DNA from: Octopus vulgaris
Lineage: Eukaryota
DNA length: 64,000 nucleotides
Assembly: GCA_951406725.2 (NCBI GenBank)
Contig: OX597835.1
Span: 44,826,001-44,890,000 of the forward strand
Direction of reading: 5' to 3'
Below are positions 40,991 through 56,772 of this stretch, piece after piece. The position numbers were made by a program, and so were the translations under genes. The notes below the pieces were generated by a model. The model was given only the letters and a program-made list of their open reading frames with translations. It made no database searches and was not told the DNA's origin. Each line of letters begins with the position of its first letter. Position 1 is the stretch's first letter.

Positions 40991-41406
40991 CTGTCGACCT
41001 TCCATTTCATTTTAATCGGGAATACCTAAGACATAGTCATACATTCACAATTTCTGGAATAATCTTCTGTCTGGATACGTATTATAAACCAAGCCTTTTT
41101 TACGCTTGAAATACATGCATATATTTTGTTCCCAACTTTGACCCTCCATAAATCCTAAATTTTCTTTTAGAATTTAGGGGAGCTACTGACTTTGAAGATT
41201 GATATAATCGTTTGAATACTCGAAATGAGGAGTAGATAGATAGCCGACAACTTATGAAGGGTCCTTTCTCTGTGCTAACTTGTCCTGTTTTCCATTTTTC
41301 TCGTTGTTTACCCATTTTATTCCTTTTTGTCCTGCAATTACTGTCCACGACTTGTATCTCCCGTGCGTATATTATTTGCAGCATTGCTGACGTCATGTAC
41401 CCATAT

Positions 41407-41479
<73 letters not shown>

Positions 41480-41537
41480 TATATTATATTATATTATTTA
41501 TTTAATTGAACGCGACGCATCCATTCCCAGCTAAGTG

Positions 41538-41617
<80 letters not shown>

Positions 41618-41995
41618 TATGTATACATATATTTACACGCACAGTCATATATAGACAAAGATAGATGAATAGAGAGAGAGAGAGAGAAATAGGTACGAAA
41701 AGAGAAACGTCGATCGATACGCACATATATCTAGATATGTGTATAATGTGTGCGTGCGTATATATACCGTGTTTGTGCGTTTATAAGCCAAATCAAGGTA
41801 AGGGAGAACAAAAAACGAAATGGAGAGATAGGTGTACGGGCACATGAGTAGACACAAATTATTCTAGTTCAATCATCCATTTATATAAACATAAATAAAA
41901 ACGCACCTGATGCGTACGTCTCTGCATTGCAAGAGGCGTAAACATTGCAATACACACGCACGTTCGCACACAGCTAATGACGTATACATACATGC

Positions 41996-42061
<66 letters not shown>

Positions 42062-42217
42062 GTGTGTATCTATGTATACAAAAACACATGGTAAGGCATC
42101 GACACGCATGGTAGCAAAAAAAATTATATGACATAAAGCCATTAATCTGTGACGCATAAATAACTTCAGACAAATATTTTTGTATGTATATATATACGTA
42201 TATATTTAAACATATAT

Positions 42218-42271
<54 letters not shown>

Positions 42272-42330
42272 TATATATATATATATATATACGTATATAT
42301 ATACGTATATATATACGTATATATATAAAC

Positions 42331-42363
<33 letters not shown>

Positions 42364-42562
42364 CATTCATATGCATACATGTGGTTATATATATATATAT
42401 ATATGTACATATGCAAATGTTTATATTCTTATATTCTTACGTATTATATATGTATGTATGCATTACTTATCTATCTATATACCTGTCTCTTTATCTCTCT
42501 CTCTCTATATATATATATACATATGATCTATCTATCTATATATCTATCTATCTATCTATCTA

Positions 42563-42622
<60 letters not shown>

Positions 42623-44769
42623 TAAATAGATAGATCAAATGAACGAGAGAGATTGAGAAAGTGAACGAGAGTGAGAGAGAGAGAGGGAGGGGATGAGATA
42701 GAGAAACAGAAATAGAGTGGGAGATGGAAGTGAGAGAGAGAGGATATTACCAACTGTTTGACCACTTGCAACAAATATGCACATGCGCAGAACAAACACC
42801 GTTCCGGTTGGTTTCTTGCGCTAAGCAATTATTAAATCTTTAGATGGCAGTAACTCCTTCATACATGGAAATTATTCCGCTAATATTCAACTTCCTTCGT
42901 ATTTAAATAATGCATCCGCCAGTATTTTTTCTTTTGTAAAATCGTTTCCTTTATGATTTCTGTTTTTATTGCTTCGTTTTCCGTTATATATGGAATTTGG
43001 TTTTGTTATAACCGTTGGCAACCTTTTCTACTTTCTTTTCCTTCTTAAAATTTTGCAAGGGAGATAACCGGTGCAACACTACAGCACACGTGACGTGAAT
43101 AAATATAAACTGTAAGTGCAGAATGTATATTAAGGCATATAAGAATGCGTACATCAATACAGGTATAAACACATATTTATAGACATATATAATTAGTCTG
43201 ACACACGCACACAGACACACAGGCATACATACACACATACATATATATATATAGATACATTATATTTACGCAGACACACATATAAGAATTTTGCTTTACA
43301 GTCGTGTTTTCTGGCTTCTACTGCAATGTATAACCCATTGCACTAATCACTTTTCGTCTGATGTCAGCAGGGACACTTTCAGAGGTTGCGTGCAGGTAGG
43401 TTTTGTTGTTTGGTTTTCATACGACTAATAACCAGACAGCTTTTGTTGTTCATCACTGGGTCATGTGTTTTTTTAGTGTTCTGATTTCTGTCAGACAGAA
43501 CCCAAATACTAGGCAGACAATTATCTCCAGACCTGAGCAGTTGAACTTAAAGTGTGCTGTGGTTCTCCCTGGTTTCATTTGGATGTTGTTTGCCGAATCA
43601 ACTTTTAGTTTGGACCTACAAGCTTTATGTTTCTTTCTTTCCAGTTTTTAAAATTTTTTTATCGTATTTGTGACTTGAGTATTCCTACTCCTATTTCAGT
43701 GGAACGGCAAATGTAGCTGTTTTTCTGTGTAACCTCAATGACTGCAACAATAATTTATCTTATCTTGTTACTTTGATATTTGTTTCTGCGTTTAAGAATT
43801 CTGGTAGACTTGTCTGCTAACCTTGATCATTCGTTTCTATTTTTACTGTTTAATCGTTGATCTTTATGTATACGTGTACTTCCTGGGGCCATAGGAAAGA
43901 TCTTTTATTCTTTTCAATCTTGGAATTACGCATAGTTTTAAGTTGTCAGAATGAAGATTTCATTCTTTGTAACTCCTATTCTTAAATCTTATATTCCATT
44001 CTAGTTATACTTTTATTTACGTTTTACATTTTCTTTCAGTTTTGCGTTCGTCATTATCCGTGGGTGTTCTAAGACTTGCATTTGACGTGTCTTGTTATTT
44101 ATTTATTGATTTTGCAAATGGTGCTTATATCTCAGTGGTATACATTCTGAACGTTTTCTTTGTTGAGTTTTGTTGTGATTTTCGCATGAGTTTTCATCAT
44201 TCTTTCATTACTTTTTACATATGTTTCTATTACACATTATTCCATTTAACTCTCATATTTCAATCTCTAATGTCTAGTTTTCGTTTTAAAAATTTATCTT
44301 CATAAGTTCGATAACCTGCTCCTGTCAAGTGTTACATTTCCCTGTTAGCTTTTGCAGCTTGTTATTTCTCTATTTCTTCTTATTGGACTGGGGATCATTG
44401 TTTCTCTAAAATATTCATGGAGAATTAAAAAGAATTCCTCCTGTGTTTCTTTCCGACGTTTTCTGTTTTAGTTACGTGACTTGAAATGTAAAGACCGATA
44501 ATTTGTATAGATTTTCCATAATTTTCGTCGGGTACGCTTACTGTCAATATTGGCACGTATGATCTCTCCGTCTCTTTTTTGGCTCTCATCAAAACTATTC
44601 AGCCATTATCATTCAACTTGTACTGAATTTTATATGAAATGCTGGTTAATTTTTGCTGGTGGATGGTGGGTGGACGGATCGGTTTGTTATCGATATAGTG
44701 CATGTAGCAGTAGACTGTTTACGCCTGGCGGACATTACAGAATTACCTGAATATTTGAAATCCTGTTTC

Positions 44770-45147
44770 CTTTTTTACTTGTTTCAGTCATTTGACTGCG
44801 GCCATGCTGGAGCACCGCCTTTAATCGAGCAAATCGACCCCGGGGCTTATTCTTTGTAAGCCCAGTACTTATTCTATCAGTCTCTTTTGCCGAACCGCTA
44901 AGTGACGGGGACGTAAACACACCAGCATCGGTTGTCAAGCAATGCTATGGGGACAAACACACATACACACATATATATATGCATATATACGACAGGCTTC
45001 TTTCAGTTTCCGTCTACCAAATCCACTCACAAGGCATTGGTCGGCCCGGGGCTATAGCAGGAGACACTTGCCCAAGGTGCCACGCAGTGGGACCGAACCC
45101 GGAACCATGTGGCTGGTTAGCAAGCTACTTACCACACAGCCACTCCT
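44770..45147 (-). mobile_element. Near full-length family A SINE
   Basis: Reverse complement of 32764-33165 at high identity. Confidence 0.92.
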
Positions 45148-45634
45148 TATTTGAAGAAATGATGAATACATTTTACATGTATTACTTATTTATGCACCAA
45201 TATTTTTTCGTAATATTTATGCAATGTTTTGCTGTGAATTATTCTGCATCGGGGATAAATTTCGGAGTCTTACAGTAATATTTATTTTAACCAATCATTA
45301 CTTGATAAACGTTTCCAGGAATTTAGACCTTGTCTTATGTTAAACAATCCAGATGTTTCCTTTGCTTACTCAGACATAGTTTAAGGTCATCCAATAATTT
45401 AAGAGTTTCTAATACCTGATGTTTATAATGCATACATTATTTCTTAGACATTTTAAAGATTACAAGGCTCTGTGAATAAATCTAGCTACTTTTCCGTACA
45501 GAATCCAGTGACGAGGTAGACACATGTGCCATTATATACTGCATTCAAGTAAATAATATTAAATAATGTACATGATCTTAAATGAAAAAATTACAAACAG
45601 ATACATACACATACACCCACCCACACACACACAA

Positions 45635-45681
<47 letters not shown>

Positions 45682-45758
45682 TATACATGTATATACATAT
45701 ATATATACAGACATACATACAGACATATATATATACATATATAGATATAGATATATGT

Positions 45759-45821
<63 letters not shown>

Positions 45822-45860
45822 CATATATACATGTATATGCATATATATATACAGACATAC

Positions 45861-45893
<33 letters not shown>

Positions 45894-45936
45894 GATAGAT
45901 AGATAGATAGATATAGATATAAATATAGATATATGT

Positions 45937-45968
<32 letters not shown>

Positions 45969-46366
45969 ACACACAGAGAAGTGAAATCTTGTAAATAACG
46001 TTTGGTGGAGTTCGCACTTAGTCAATACAAGAGAAGTCAATGTGACCAATGAAATGGTCTCACAGAAGAGACATGCTCAATGATTCCTATTGTTTTTGTG
46101 ACTAATAACAATAGCATCAAAGGGGAAATATATTTAATTTGGAGGAAAGCGATAGCAAATTGGGTATTCAACAGGAGTTACCTATCAGCACTTTTTGACT
46201 AATGAATAAAGAGTGACGAGTATGTAGAACGGTCGGCGCGTGGGAATGATTGGACAAGTAGGAAATTCTGATGTCATTTGGAGGCCGAGGTTGAATCCAA
46301 TGGCGTGTTTATTGAATAAAATTAAACTTTAGTATTTCGAGATAATTCTATCTAATTTTGGTAATG

Positions 46367-46737
<371 letters not shown>

Positions 46738-46785
46738 CCCCTCTGTCTGTCTGTCCGTCTCTCTGTCTCTGTCTCAGACTCTCTC

Positions 46786-46824
<39 letters not shown>

Positions 46825-47429
46825 ATATATATATATATACGCATACATATAAGTGTGGAGTGTTTCCGCGTAATTATAATATGCTAATAAAATCAATATG
46901 CTGCATACTGAATCGCATCAACTTGTTCAGCTTTTTCTCAATGTGGAAATATCCTGTTTTATACTCTTCTATTCCCTGGTTACTTCATATTTTCGTTGAT
47001 CTGTGCAAAGCAATTACCTTAATTTGTATTGTTCTATTCCCATGCTGCCTGCTTTATCTGTTGTTTGGGGATATGCTCTATAAGATGTAATTACAATCTA
47101 CATAGATTAAGGCAGTCGACGATGACTTACAAACAGCGAATTCTTTTTTTTCTTTTATCGATAGCGAAACCTCACCAGTGACTGTTCACATCAGAATTAT
47201 ATAAAACTATGAAAACACACACACACTCGCATGTATACATATATATATATATATATGTGTGTGTGTTTGTGTGTGTTTGTGTGTGTGTGTGTGTTGTGTG
47301 TGAAAACTGACTCTTACTAACCCTGAATCTCTCATACACATCTCTCATATGTCTGCACACACATACAAAATCAGAAGCGATAATATGCTGTACTGAGGAA
47401 AGCATTTCATCAATTATGTGTGATATAGA

Positions 47430-47487
47430 TTCTTCCTGCCTTCCTTCCTTCCTTCCTTTCTTTCTTTCTTTAATTCTTTCTTCCTTC

Positions 47488-47528
<41 letters not shown>

Positions 47529-47600
47529 TTTCTTCCTTTCTTTCCTTCTTTCCTTCTTTCTTTCGTTCTTTCTATCTTTCTTTCTTTTTCCTTCTTTCCT

Positions 47601-47643
<43 letters not shown>

Positions 47644-47900
47644 CTCTTTCTGTCTTCTTCTTCTTTTTGTTCCTCCTCCTCCTCCTCCTCCTCCTCCTCC
47701 TCCTCCTCCTCCTCCCCTCTTCCTCTTCCTCCTCCTCCTCCTCCTCCCCTGTTCCTCTTCCTCCTCCTCCTCCTCCGTCTCTTCTTCTCTTCTTGTTCTT
47801 TTTCTTCTTATTTTTCTTTATACTCTCCTCCTCCCCTCCTCTGCTTTCCTTCTCATTCGGTTTTTCCTTTCTTCATTTTCCTCCTCCCCCCCCTGCCTTT
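47430..47900. repeat. Polypyrimidine (TTTC)n/(TCC)n tract
   Basis: Directly visible. Confidence 0.92.
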
Positions 47901-48309
47901 TATATATGTATTAATAATGTCAACATTCCTTTTTTCCTGGTGAAAGAGTGCATCGAATCCTTGAAATTCTTCCGGGAATATTTTCTTCCCTTTTTAACCG
48001 AAGCCTTTTCTATCCTCTTATTAAATAAATTATCCTGAGCTAAATGGCGCAACACAACTATTACATCATGGCCAAAATAAGCATAAAACAAAAACAGCAA
48101 TGATGCTCCTTGGTTTTATCAGCCAGTGAAGGACTTTGAAGAAATAAGGAGTTATATGTCTGTTGAAGATCTCCGGAGGGTACGGAGAAAATTCAATGAA
48201 TGGAAATCACTCGAAAAGGATAATAACCTTAAATTTTGGTCGAATACCTTCCCAAAATCTCATGATTAAGAGACTAAGATCTACAATAGAAATGTACTTA
48301 ACCGTATGC

Positions 48310-48361
<52 letters not shown>

Positions 48362-48401
48362 GTGGAATAAGCAGAGCAAGGGGAGACACGGAGATAGAAA
48401 C

Positions 48402-48446
48402 TGCCACCGAAGAGGTCACAGATGTGTGACGAAAGATTTCCGGGCA
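48402..48446 (+). ncRNA. Degenerate minimal hammerhead motif (U4 to C)
   Basis: UGCCA CCGAAGA G GUCACA gaug UGUGAC GAAA GAUU UC CGGGCA. Helix II is a perfect 6 bp. Confidence 0.6.
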
Positions 48447-48777
48447 AGGGCATGTGCCTTAAGTGGACTCACTTTTCTTATCCCCCCTCATCTGTTCCCT
48501 CCTCCTTCTCCTCCTCATCATCATTTTTGTGACTTTTTCTTCTTTCTTCAATCCTCTTTCCAATTCTTGCTGAATATCTCCCCAACATTTGGCGCAAAGA
48601 ACGATTTTAAAACTTTTCTCACACGAAGTGTTTTCCGTAAGATTTCACTTTGTTCAAAATAAGCCAATATCTAGAACTTCTGGCGTATTAAAGTAACCAA
48701 TGAATGCATACTGTAATATTAATAACCACAAAATTAATATTAATAGCAACAACAGCAAAAACAACAATAGTAATATC

Positions 48778-48833
<56 letters not shown>

Positions 48834-49406
48834 GTATGTATGTATTTATTATTTGTTAATGGTGTTTTTATTATCGTAGATATTAACATTGTAAGATGGC
48901 TGGTTAAGGGGAAAAGTGTTTGAAAGCCATTAAGTTGAGGTAAACGTATTGCAACTTCAAATTGAAATACAAAATAGAAGAGACCTTCGAAGTACACGTG
49001 TGGGTGGGACAATAATTGAAGGTAACGTAATGATATCCAGACGAATATACATACACGCACACACACACACACACATACACACACATACACACATACATAC
49101 ATATCCCCACATATAAATGAGTGAGTGTTTGTGTGACTGTGTGCAAGTGTACGTATATGCATGTATATATATATATATGAATGGGAATATTCCTTGTATT
49201 GTTTGTGTTATACTCTGTTTTTTTCGTTGTCAAAAAAAAGTCCGTTTCCTTGTTTTTTTTTATGTTTTCGTTTCTCGTTGTGTTCTACATTTATTTGTGT
49301 GTCCTGTACTCTTATATATATATATATATGCATGTATATATACATATAGATGTAGGTATGTACATATATGTATGTATGTATGCTTATGTTTTATTTGATA
49401 AATTGT

Positions 49407-49437
<31 letters not shown>

Positions 49438-49532
49438 CGTATACATACATACATATATATATATGTATATATATGTGTGTGTGTGCGTGCGTGTTATTTA
49501 CGTTTATTAAAGCATGTGCTTTAATAAACGTA

Positions 49533-49569
<37 letters not shown>

Positions 49570-50203
49570 ATATATTAATATATATGTGTGTGTGAGAGAG
49601 AGAAAGAGTATGAGTATTCGTGTGTGTGTGTGTGTGTGTTTGTGAGTGTTCGTGTGTGCGTCTGAGTGTGTGTGTGTGTGTATTGTGGTAGGTTATTTAA
49701 TGCTTGGGAAACATGTAAAAGAGTAAAACAGTTTGCATAAATCAAGCAAATATCTTTGCTTGAACTACTCTATTCATGTAACAAATAATTGTGAAGCAAA
49801 GCCTCGGACAAATTCTACATCAATTACGCAAATCACATTCAAAGCACTTCTCAAGGATTTTCCACAACGATGTTCTGGGAGCGCAACGTGGAAGATTTAA
49901 GAATGTACTGTCGTAGGAAATCCATGTTAAGCATCCAATGCCTATCGAGTTTGAAATTTTTCAAAGTTGACTGATCTCAATTCAAAAAGATATCCCGACA
50001 CAAAATTTGCCCGGAAGTTATCTATACAATATAGCTGCAAATATCCCACGCTCATTCTGTAGCGTAATGGCTCAATACTGTAACGTCTTACGGTTCAAGG
50101 GCAACAGACCTTCAGAGCCTCTGCAAAAATCTACATAAATCTGCAAGGTGCAAATGTGGAGGCATTAAAATATCTCGGCAATTAATCTATCTATCCCTCT
50201 CTT

Positions 50204-50234
<31 letters not shown>

Positions 50235-50254
50235 ATGTATGTATCTATCAATCA

Positions 50255-50373
<119 letters not shown>

Positions 50374-51296
50374 TATACAAAGGTTTTGGTGGCCCGAGAC
50401 TATAGTAGAAACATATGCTCAAGATGACACGTAGTTAGAATGAACCCGGAATGTGTGTGTGTGTGTGTGTGTGTGTGTCTGTATGTGTTTGTGTGTGTGT
50501 GTGTGTGTTTGTGTGTGTGTCTGTGTGTGTATGTATGTGTGAATGTGTGCGCGCATATATAGTTTTGTATGTATATGAATCTACATATCAGCTTTACGTT
50601 GTTTCTCTGCTGGTCTCATTAGCCAGTCTACAAGTATTTACAAAACCAGTGAGTATTTCGACAAATAGTGAACCATAAAATATTTATCAACTCCACTAAA
50701 ATCTCTACGTTATACTGTAATGCTACCGTACTGAATTTCCTTTAGCTAATATATTAATACACACTTTATACAAAAAGACTGCATTTTATACCGACTTCCA
50801 CTTTTCTCTTTACTCTCATTACTCAAACTCTTAAACTGAAATTCATATCTAATTTGACATTTCCATATACATTACATAATTCTACAGCAGTGATTACACA
50901 CTACAATATCTTGTAATCATAATACAAGGGTCTATAATTTTCTTCCATGCTTAACAGTTACTTACGTATCACTATGATGTGTATTTACATTCTATCTGGT
51001 TATTACAATGGCAATCATACAGATATGCTAACTTTCGGTGAGGATCAAATTGAACCAAGATACACATAAACGTTTCTAGCAAAACTAGATAATTTCATTC
51101 TAATTATTAAACAATATATGATATAATATAATTTTTTTTTTCAGTTTTTTTTTTTTCCCGTAAAATTTATCTTTGATCTAGCTTTAACATAATCTGATAT
51201 GATTAAATTTCCATTATTTTTCCTATTTCTTCCTTTCTGAACGTTCATGAACTTCAATGCAATATATACTAGATGCGGTTATCTGGTAGCTTTATC

Positions 51297-51421
<125 letters not shown>

Positions 51422-51728
51422 ACGTACATATATATATATATTCATACATATGTACATATGCATATATATACATATATATATAATATATATGTATATATGC
51501 ATATGTGAGTGTATGTGTGTATATATATTTATATTTATTAATATAAATATTTATACTTGTTGATATATTAATATATATATACATACATAATATATATATA
51601 TATATGTGTGTGTGTATGTATGTAGGTAGGTATACATATATATGTATATATTTATATACATATATATGTATAAATGCATATATATATACATATATATATA
51701 TATATCATATCAGCAAATGCATATGAAA

Positions 51729-51773
<45 letters not shown>

Positions 51774-52629
51774 TGAATTTTTATATATATACACATACAC
51801 ACACACACATATATATATATATATATGCATTTATATAGGTATATATATATGTTTGTGTCTGTGTCTGTGTTTATGTGCGTGTGCCTCTGTTTGTGTGTGT
51901 GCGTGTGTGCCCGTGTATGTACGTACCCTTTCCTTTTTACGTTCAACGTAACCTTTCCGCAATGTAACAAGACAAACTTGTTCTTCATACTCTCTCCATT
52001 TCTCTAAACTCAAATTCTGAGTTCGCTGATAAGCTTTAGTTTTTCACGTGTTATTCGCTTAATCTATTTTTTAACTTTTACATCTGTTCTGTAATCTATT
52101 AGGTATGAGCTTGTTTTCCGCGTGACTCATGTCAGGAAGTTATTAGTGAAGGATTATTAATCCAGGAAATATATTTTGTAAAGATGTTTGTAAACTGTCT
52201 TTTAGTATACCAGGCTGACACTTGTTTATGTTACTAATGTACTTCACGTTTTCTTGTGGCAGTTTGCGAGGGTCTAATTCCCTCCTGATTGAAGACAACA
52301 TAGACGATGGCCGAAATCAAAGAGGGGTCCATAAAAAATCGAACAAAGGAGGATAATTTGCTACGGAATAACATTTAGGGAAACTCCCTAATAATGCTGG
52401 CTATTAAAATAACTGAAAGACATAGATCACGTGAGAAAACTCGTCTCGGATCCAACCTAAAAGTAATGGATCCAAATATTTCACCATTGTTGTGACTCAT
52501 CAACACCACGCGGAAGCTCCAACCGAAGACGAACAGAATCCCTGGTCTCCCACTCTATACAAATAGTTTCCAAACGTACCTGCCACGTCGATGTACGTGG
52601 AGATATATTAAATTACGTCTTAAAAGCTA

Positions 52630-52860
52630 TTTTATTTTCACACTTTGTACATAGTCAGACACCAAGTCTCCAGTTAATTTCCGTTTCGATTCCAGTGCGT
52701 GGGGATGATCATTCACAATAATGGCGAAATATATGTAGCCAGCCGCTCTTGGGTGCGATCCGATGCTGACTTGTCTGGCGTAGTCTATAACTTTCAGGCG
52801 TTTTAACATCCAACGTTGTTAGAGAATCTCCCGAATTGATATCCTTCAGCACCTTCAACG
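52630..52860. repeat. Second copy of the unclassified repeat at 13540-13800
   Basis: Collinear shared words, same orientation. Confidence 0.5.
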
Positions 52861-53119
52861 AATAAACAAAGGACATACAGCCTGTTTATGCGATCGATAA
52901 TATTTATATATTTATAATACGCAAAAACAAAAACAAAGACAAAAATAAATGCAAAAGCAACAAAATACAAAGGGACTACACAGGTTAAGATGTAAAAGGG
53001 AGGGCGTGTGACGTGTAGTGTGTTCTATAATTATATACATACATACATACATACATACAGGTATATACATATGTATATGTACATACACACACATATATAT
53101 GTATGTAAATATATATATA

Positions 53120-53189
<70 letters not shown>

Positions 53190-53197
53190 CATACGTA

Positions 53198-53303
<106 letters not shown>

Positions 53304-53454
53304 TGTATAAGGTTAACGAAGTTAGAGGTTAAAATAACCATCTTAGAGACAGAAGTATACATTATACTATACGGGTATATTACCTATGCTTAACTATGGA
53401 CATATATATGCAAGCGTATTGTGCTCTTAAATTATAGGTAATTATCAAAAATCG

Positions 53455-53913
53455 AAATTTAAAGAAAACAGAAAATGGAGAATGAACAACAATTGACTTA
53501 CATAAATTATTATTTATTAATTCTATATAAATAGACTGCATCACATCTAACAGCTGTTCCTTCTTCCAGTGTTGTATGGTATGCTAAAAATATTTATATT
53601 TATTACTGAAACCGATTTGAAACATGGAGCTTCTTCAGAGGGAAGAATACATATAAAAAGAAGAGCCTTTTTCTTGTCTAGGGTCTTAGATTTTATTTAT
53701 TTTTCACTCTAATGAAGCTCCATGTTTCATATGGGTTTCATTACCAAATTTGGTAAATAGTTTTAGCATATAAATGGGAATGCCATACAACATCGAAGCA
53801 GAAACAGCTGTTAGATGGGATGCAGTCTATTTGTATTGAATTAATAAATAATAATTGATGTAAGTCAATTGTTGTTCATTAATATTTCTCCATTGTTTGC
53901 TTTCTTTAAATTT
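53455..53913. mobile_element. ~460 bp palindrome: two inverted Penelope-like terminal repeats with long-helix-II hammerheads
   Basis: 53455-53655 is the reverse complement of 53690-53913. Cores CUGAAGAAGCUCC (-) and CUAAUGAAGCUCC (+); both end G(A/G)AACAGCUGUUAGAUG. Confidence 0.8.
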
Positions 53914-53919
53914 ATATAG

Positions 53920-53958
<39 letters not shown>

Positions 53959-54089
53959 TGCACCCACCCACACACACACACATTTGCTTGTGTATACTCT
54001 ATTTTCATGAATAAACACGCACATACACTCACACGCATATAAATGCAAGCATATATGCGCACACAAATATGTGTATATATATGTGTATA

Positions 54090-54135
<46 letters not shown>

Positions 54136-54785
54136 GATATATATATATATGTATATCTATGTGTATACACATATATATATATGTGGTGTGTGAGTATATA
54201 TGTGTACCCGTGCGTGTGTGTATGTTTCTGTGTGTGTGCGCGTGAGTAAACATATATGTATGAGTAGCAACTACAATATAAATATTTTTCAGTTTGTTTA
54301 ATGATATAAAATTTACATAACCTCTAACATAAGGGTCGACTAATGAAAAATAAATACTTCCTCACCGACGAGTAAATACAGTCAAGGATCGCAATAAATA
54401 TTAACATTAACCGGATTTTAACAACGTGAAACTGTAAGATCTTTTAATAAGCGTTTTAATCTTAAAGTCTCCTCAATAACTGCCATTAGATTTCTCCACC
54501 TATTTATCATTGGGATTTTTATATTAATAAATATTTTCAGACGACAAATTAGATAAAATGTATTGATCGACCGTTTATTAGTTACATGTTAATTTTTATT
54601 ACGTGTATAGGCTTACATACATGGATACTCACTCAAATGCGTATATGTACACACCTATATGCATTTAAACACGTAAATATTTGTGTGCGCATGCGTATAT
54701 ATACACACACACACACATACACACACACATATATATATATACAAACATACACGTATATAGTATATTGACATGTATTTTGATATAG

Positions 54786-54822
<37 letters not shown>

Positions 54823-54903
54823 TATACATACATATATACATACATATCTATACATATATATACATATATATTCTACATGCATGTATATATATACACGTAT
54901 ATA

Positions 54904-54941
<38 letters not shown>

Positions 54942-55000
54942 CACACACACATTTATATGTGGATATATATATATATATATATATACATACATATATATAT

Positions 55001-55043
<43 letters not shown>

Positions 55044-55329
55044 TACATACATACACACACATACACACACATATATATATATATATAGTTTAAATATGTG
55101 CATTCCAAAATGTTAATATACCCTTGTATCTAATATATTTCACAAGGTAGATTTTGATTTAAGCACTTTAAATTATCCTCACTACATATTGCTAATGGGT
55201 TTGACATATTCAAATTGTTATGATTGCGTCGCGTCCGTTGCATAAGAAAACTTTCTGTCTGAAGTATAATATATTGGAAAGCGAAGAAGGAAATCTCATT
55301 CATTAATATCCGAATGTGTTTAATGATTT

Positions 55330-55500
55330 TATCGCTTACTTGTTTCGGTTATTTAACTGTGGCTATGATGAGGTAATGAGCTGAAGACTGTGGTCAAGCA
55401 AACTGACCCCTGTACTTAACTGTAATTTGATAATTATTTTATCGGTTGCATTTCCCGAGCAGATAAGTTCGGCGAATACAAAGAAACAAACTATCACACA
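55330..55500 (-). mobile_element. Decayed family A SINE 3' fragment
   Basis: TTACTTGTTTCGGTTATTTAACTGTGGCTATG..GACCCCTGTACTTA..TATCGGT. Confidence 0.55.
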
Positions 55501-55697
55501 CATATACCCCAACAGACACACACACATACACGTACTTACACACACATATTGTGTCAGGCTCCCTTCGGGGACTGGAAAACTTGAAGTAGCCCGGAACCGA
55601 ATCAAACTATTTTAAAACTCCCAATAAAATGTGTGGATTGTCCCATTACTTTCTTACGTTCACTCACACGCATATGTGCATATATATATATATATAA

Positions 55698-55728
<31 letters not shown>

Positions 55729-55766
55729 AATATAAATATATATACATATGCGTGTGTATGTGTGCC

Positions 55767-55800
<34 letters not shown>

Positions 55801-55846
55801 TGTATATATATATACAAACACGCACACGCAAAGACACACACACACA

Positions 55847-55879
<33 letters not shown>

Positions 55880-56274
55880 CCACACATGAAAATTGAACAA
55901 AGAGACGAACTCTCGAGATGTTCTTAACCCCTTTATATCTTGAATCCTCTTTTACGTATGTTTCGACGGATGCACTCCAAATTGTTCGGCAGGATGAATA
56001 AACGGTCAGCAATGCATCAATCACATCGGAAGGGATATAAATGACAAATTCATCAAACAGACATGTTAACAGGAACAGAAATGTCCTGTAAAACGTAAGG
56101 CATTTATATTCATGTGCACACACGCCAACACACGCTCAAATATGTGACCTGTAAATATACACATTACATACCTACAAAAATGCACAAAAATACGCACACT
56201 TATACATACACATATACATAGATACACATTAATATACATACAGATTCACAAAAATATAGTCGTATTATACATAT

Positions 56275-56325
<51 letters not shown>

Positions 56326-56381
56326 TATAAGAAAAATAAAAACAGAAAATTCGCATAGTATAATTATAGTATAATTTTTAA

Positions 56382-56418
56382 TGTATCGACCGGTTTCGCA
56401 ATCGCTATTCATGATACA
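56382..56418 (-). ncRNA. Minimal type I hammerhead ribozyme motif, A3:U8 variant (intact)
   Basis: UGUAUC AUGAAUA GC gauu GC GAAA CCGG UC GAUACA. Helix I is a perfect 6 bp, helix III is palindromic ACCGGU, cleavage triplet is GUC. Confidence 0.75.
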
Positions 56419-56454
56419 ATGTTTAATTTATATGAAAATATATTTTCTTAAGAA

Positions 56455-56584
<130 letters not shown>

Positions 56585-56585
56585 C

Positions 56586-56629
<44 letters not shown>

Positions 56630-56735
56630 TATATGTTTGTTTGTTTGTTTGTTTTTCCATAGCTCTTAAGCTGTATGCTGGGGCACCGCCATATATATAG
56701 CCTCGTATATATATATATATATATAATTGCGCCTC

Positions 56736-56772
<37 letters not shown>

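Noticed and set aside
49700-50190. Non-repetitive block, possible exon
   Set aside because: No frame longer than ~60 codons and no recognisable peptide or convincing splice pair.
52280-52510. Two partial HHR-like words (TTGAAGA..GGCCGAAA on +; TTGATGAGTCA..GAAATATT on -)
   Set aside because: Helices are too mismatched to support.
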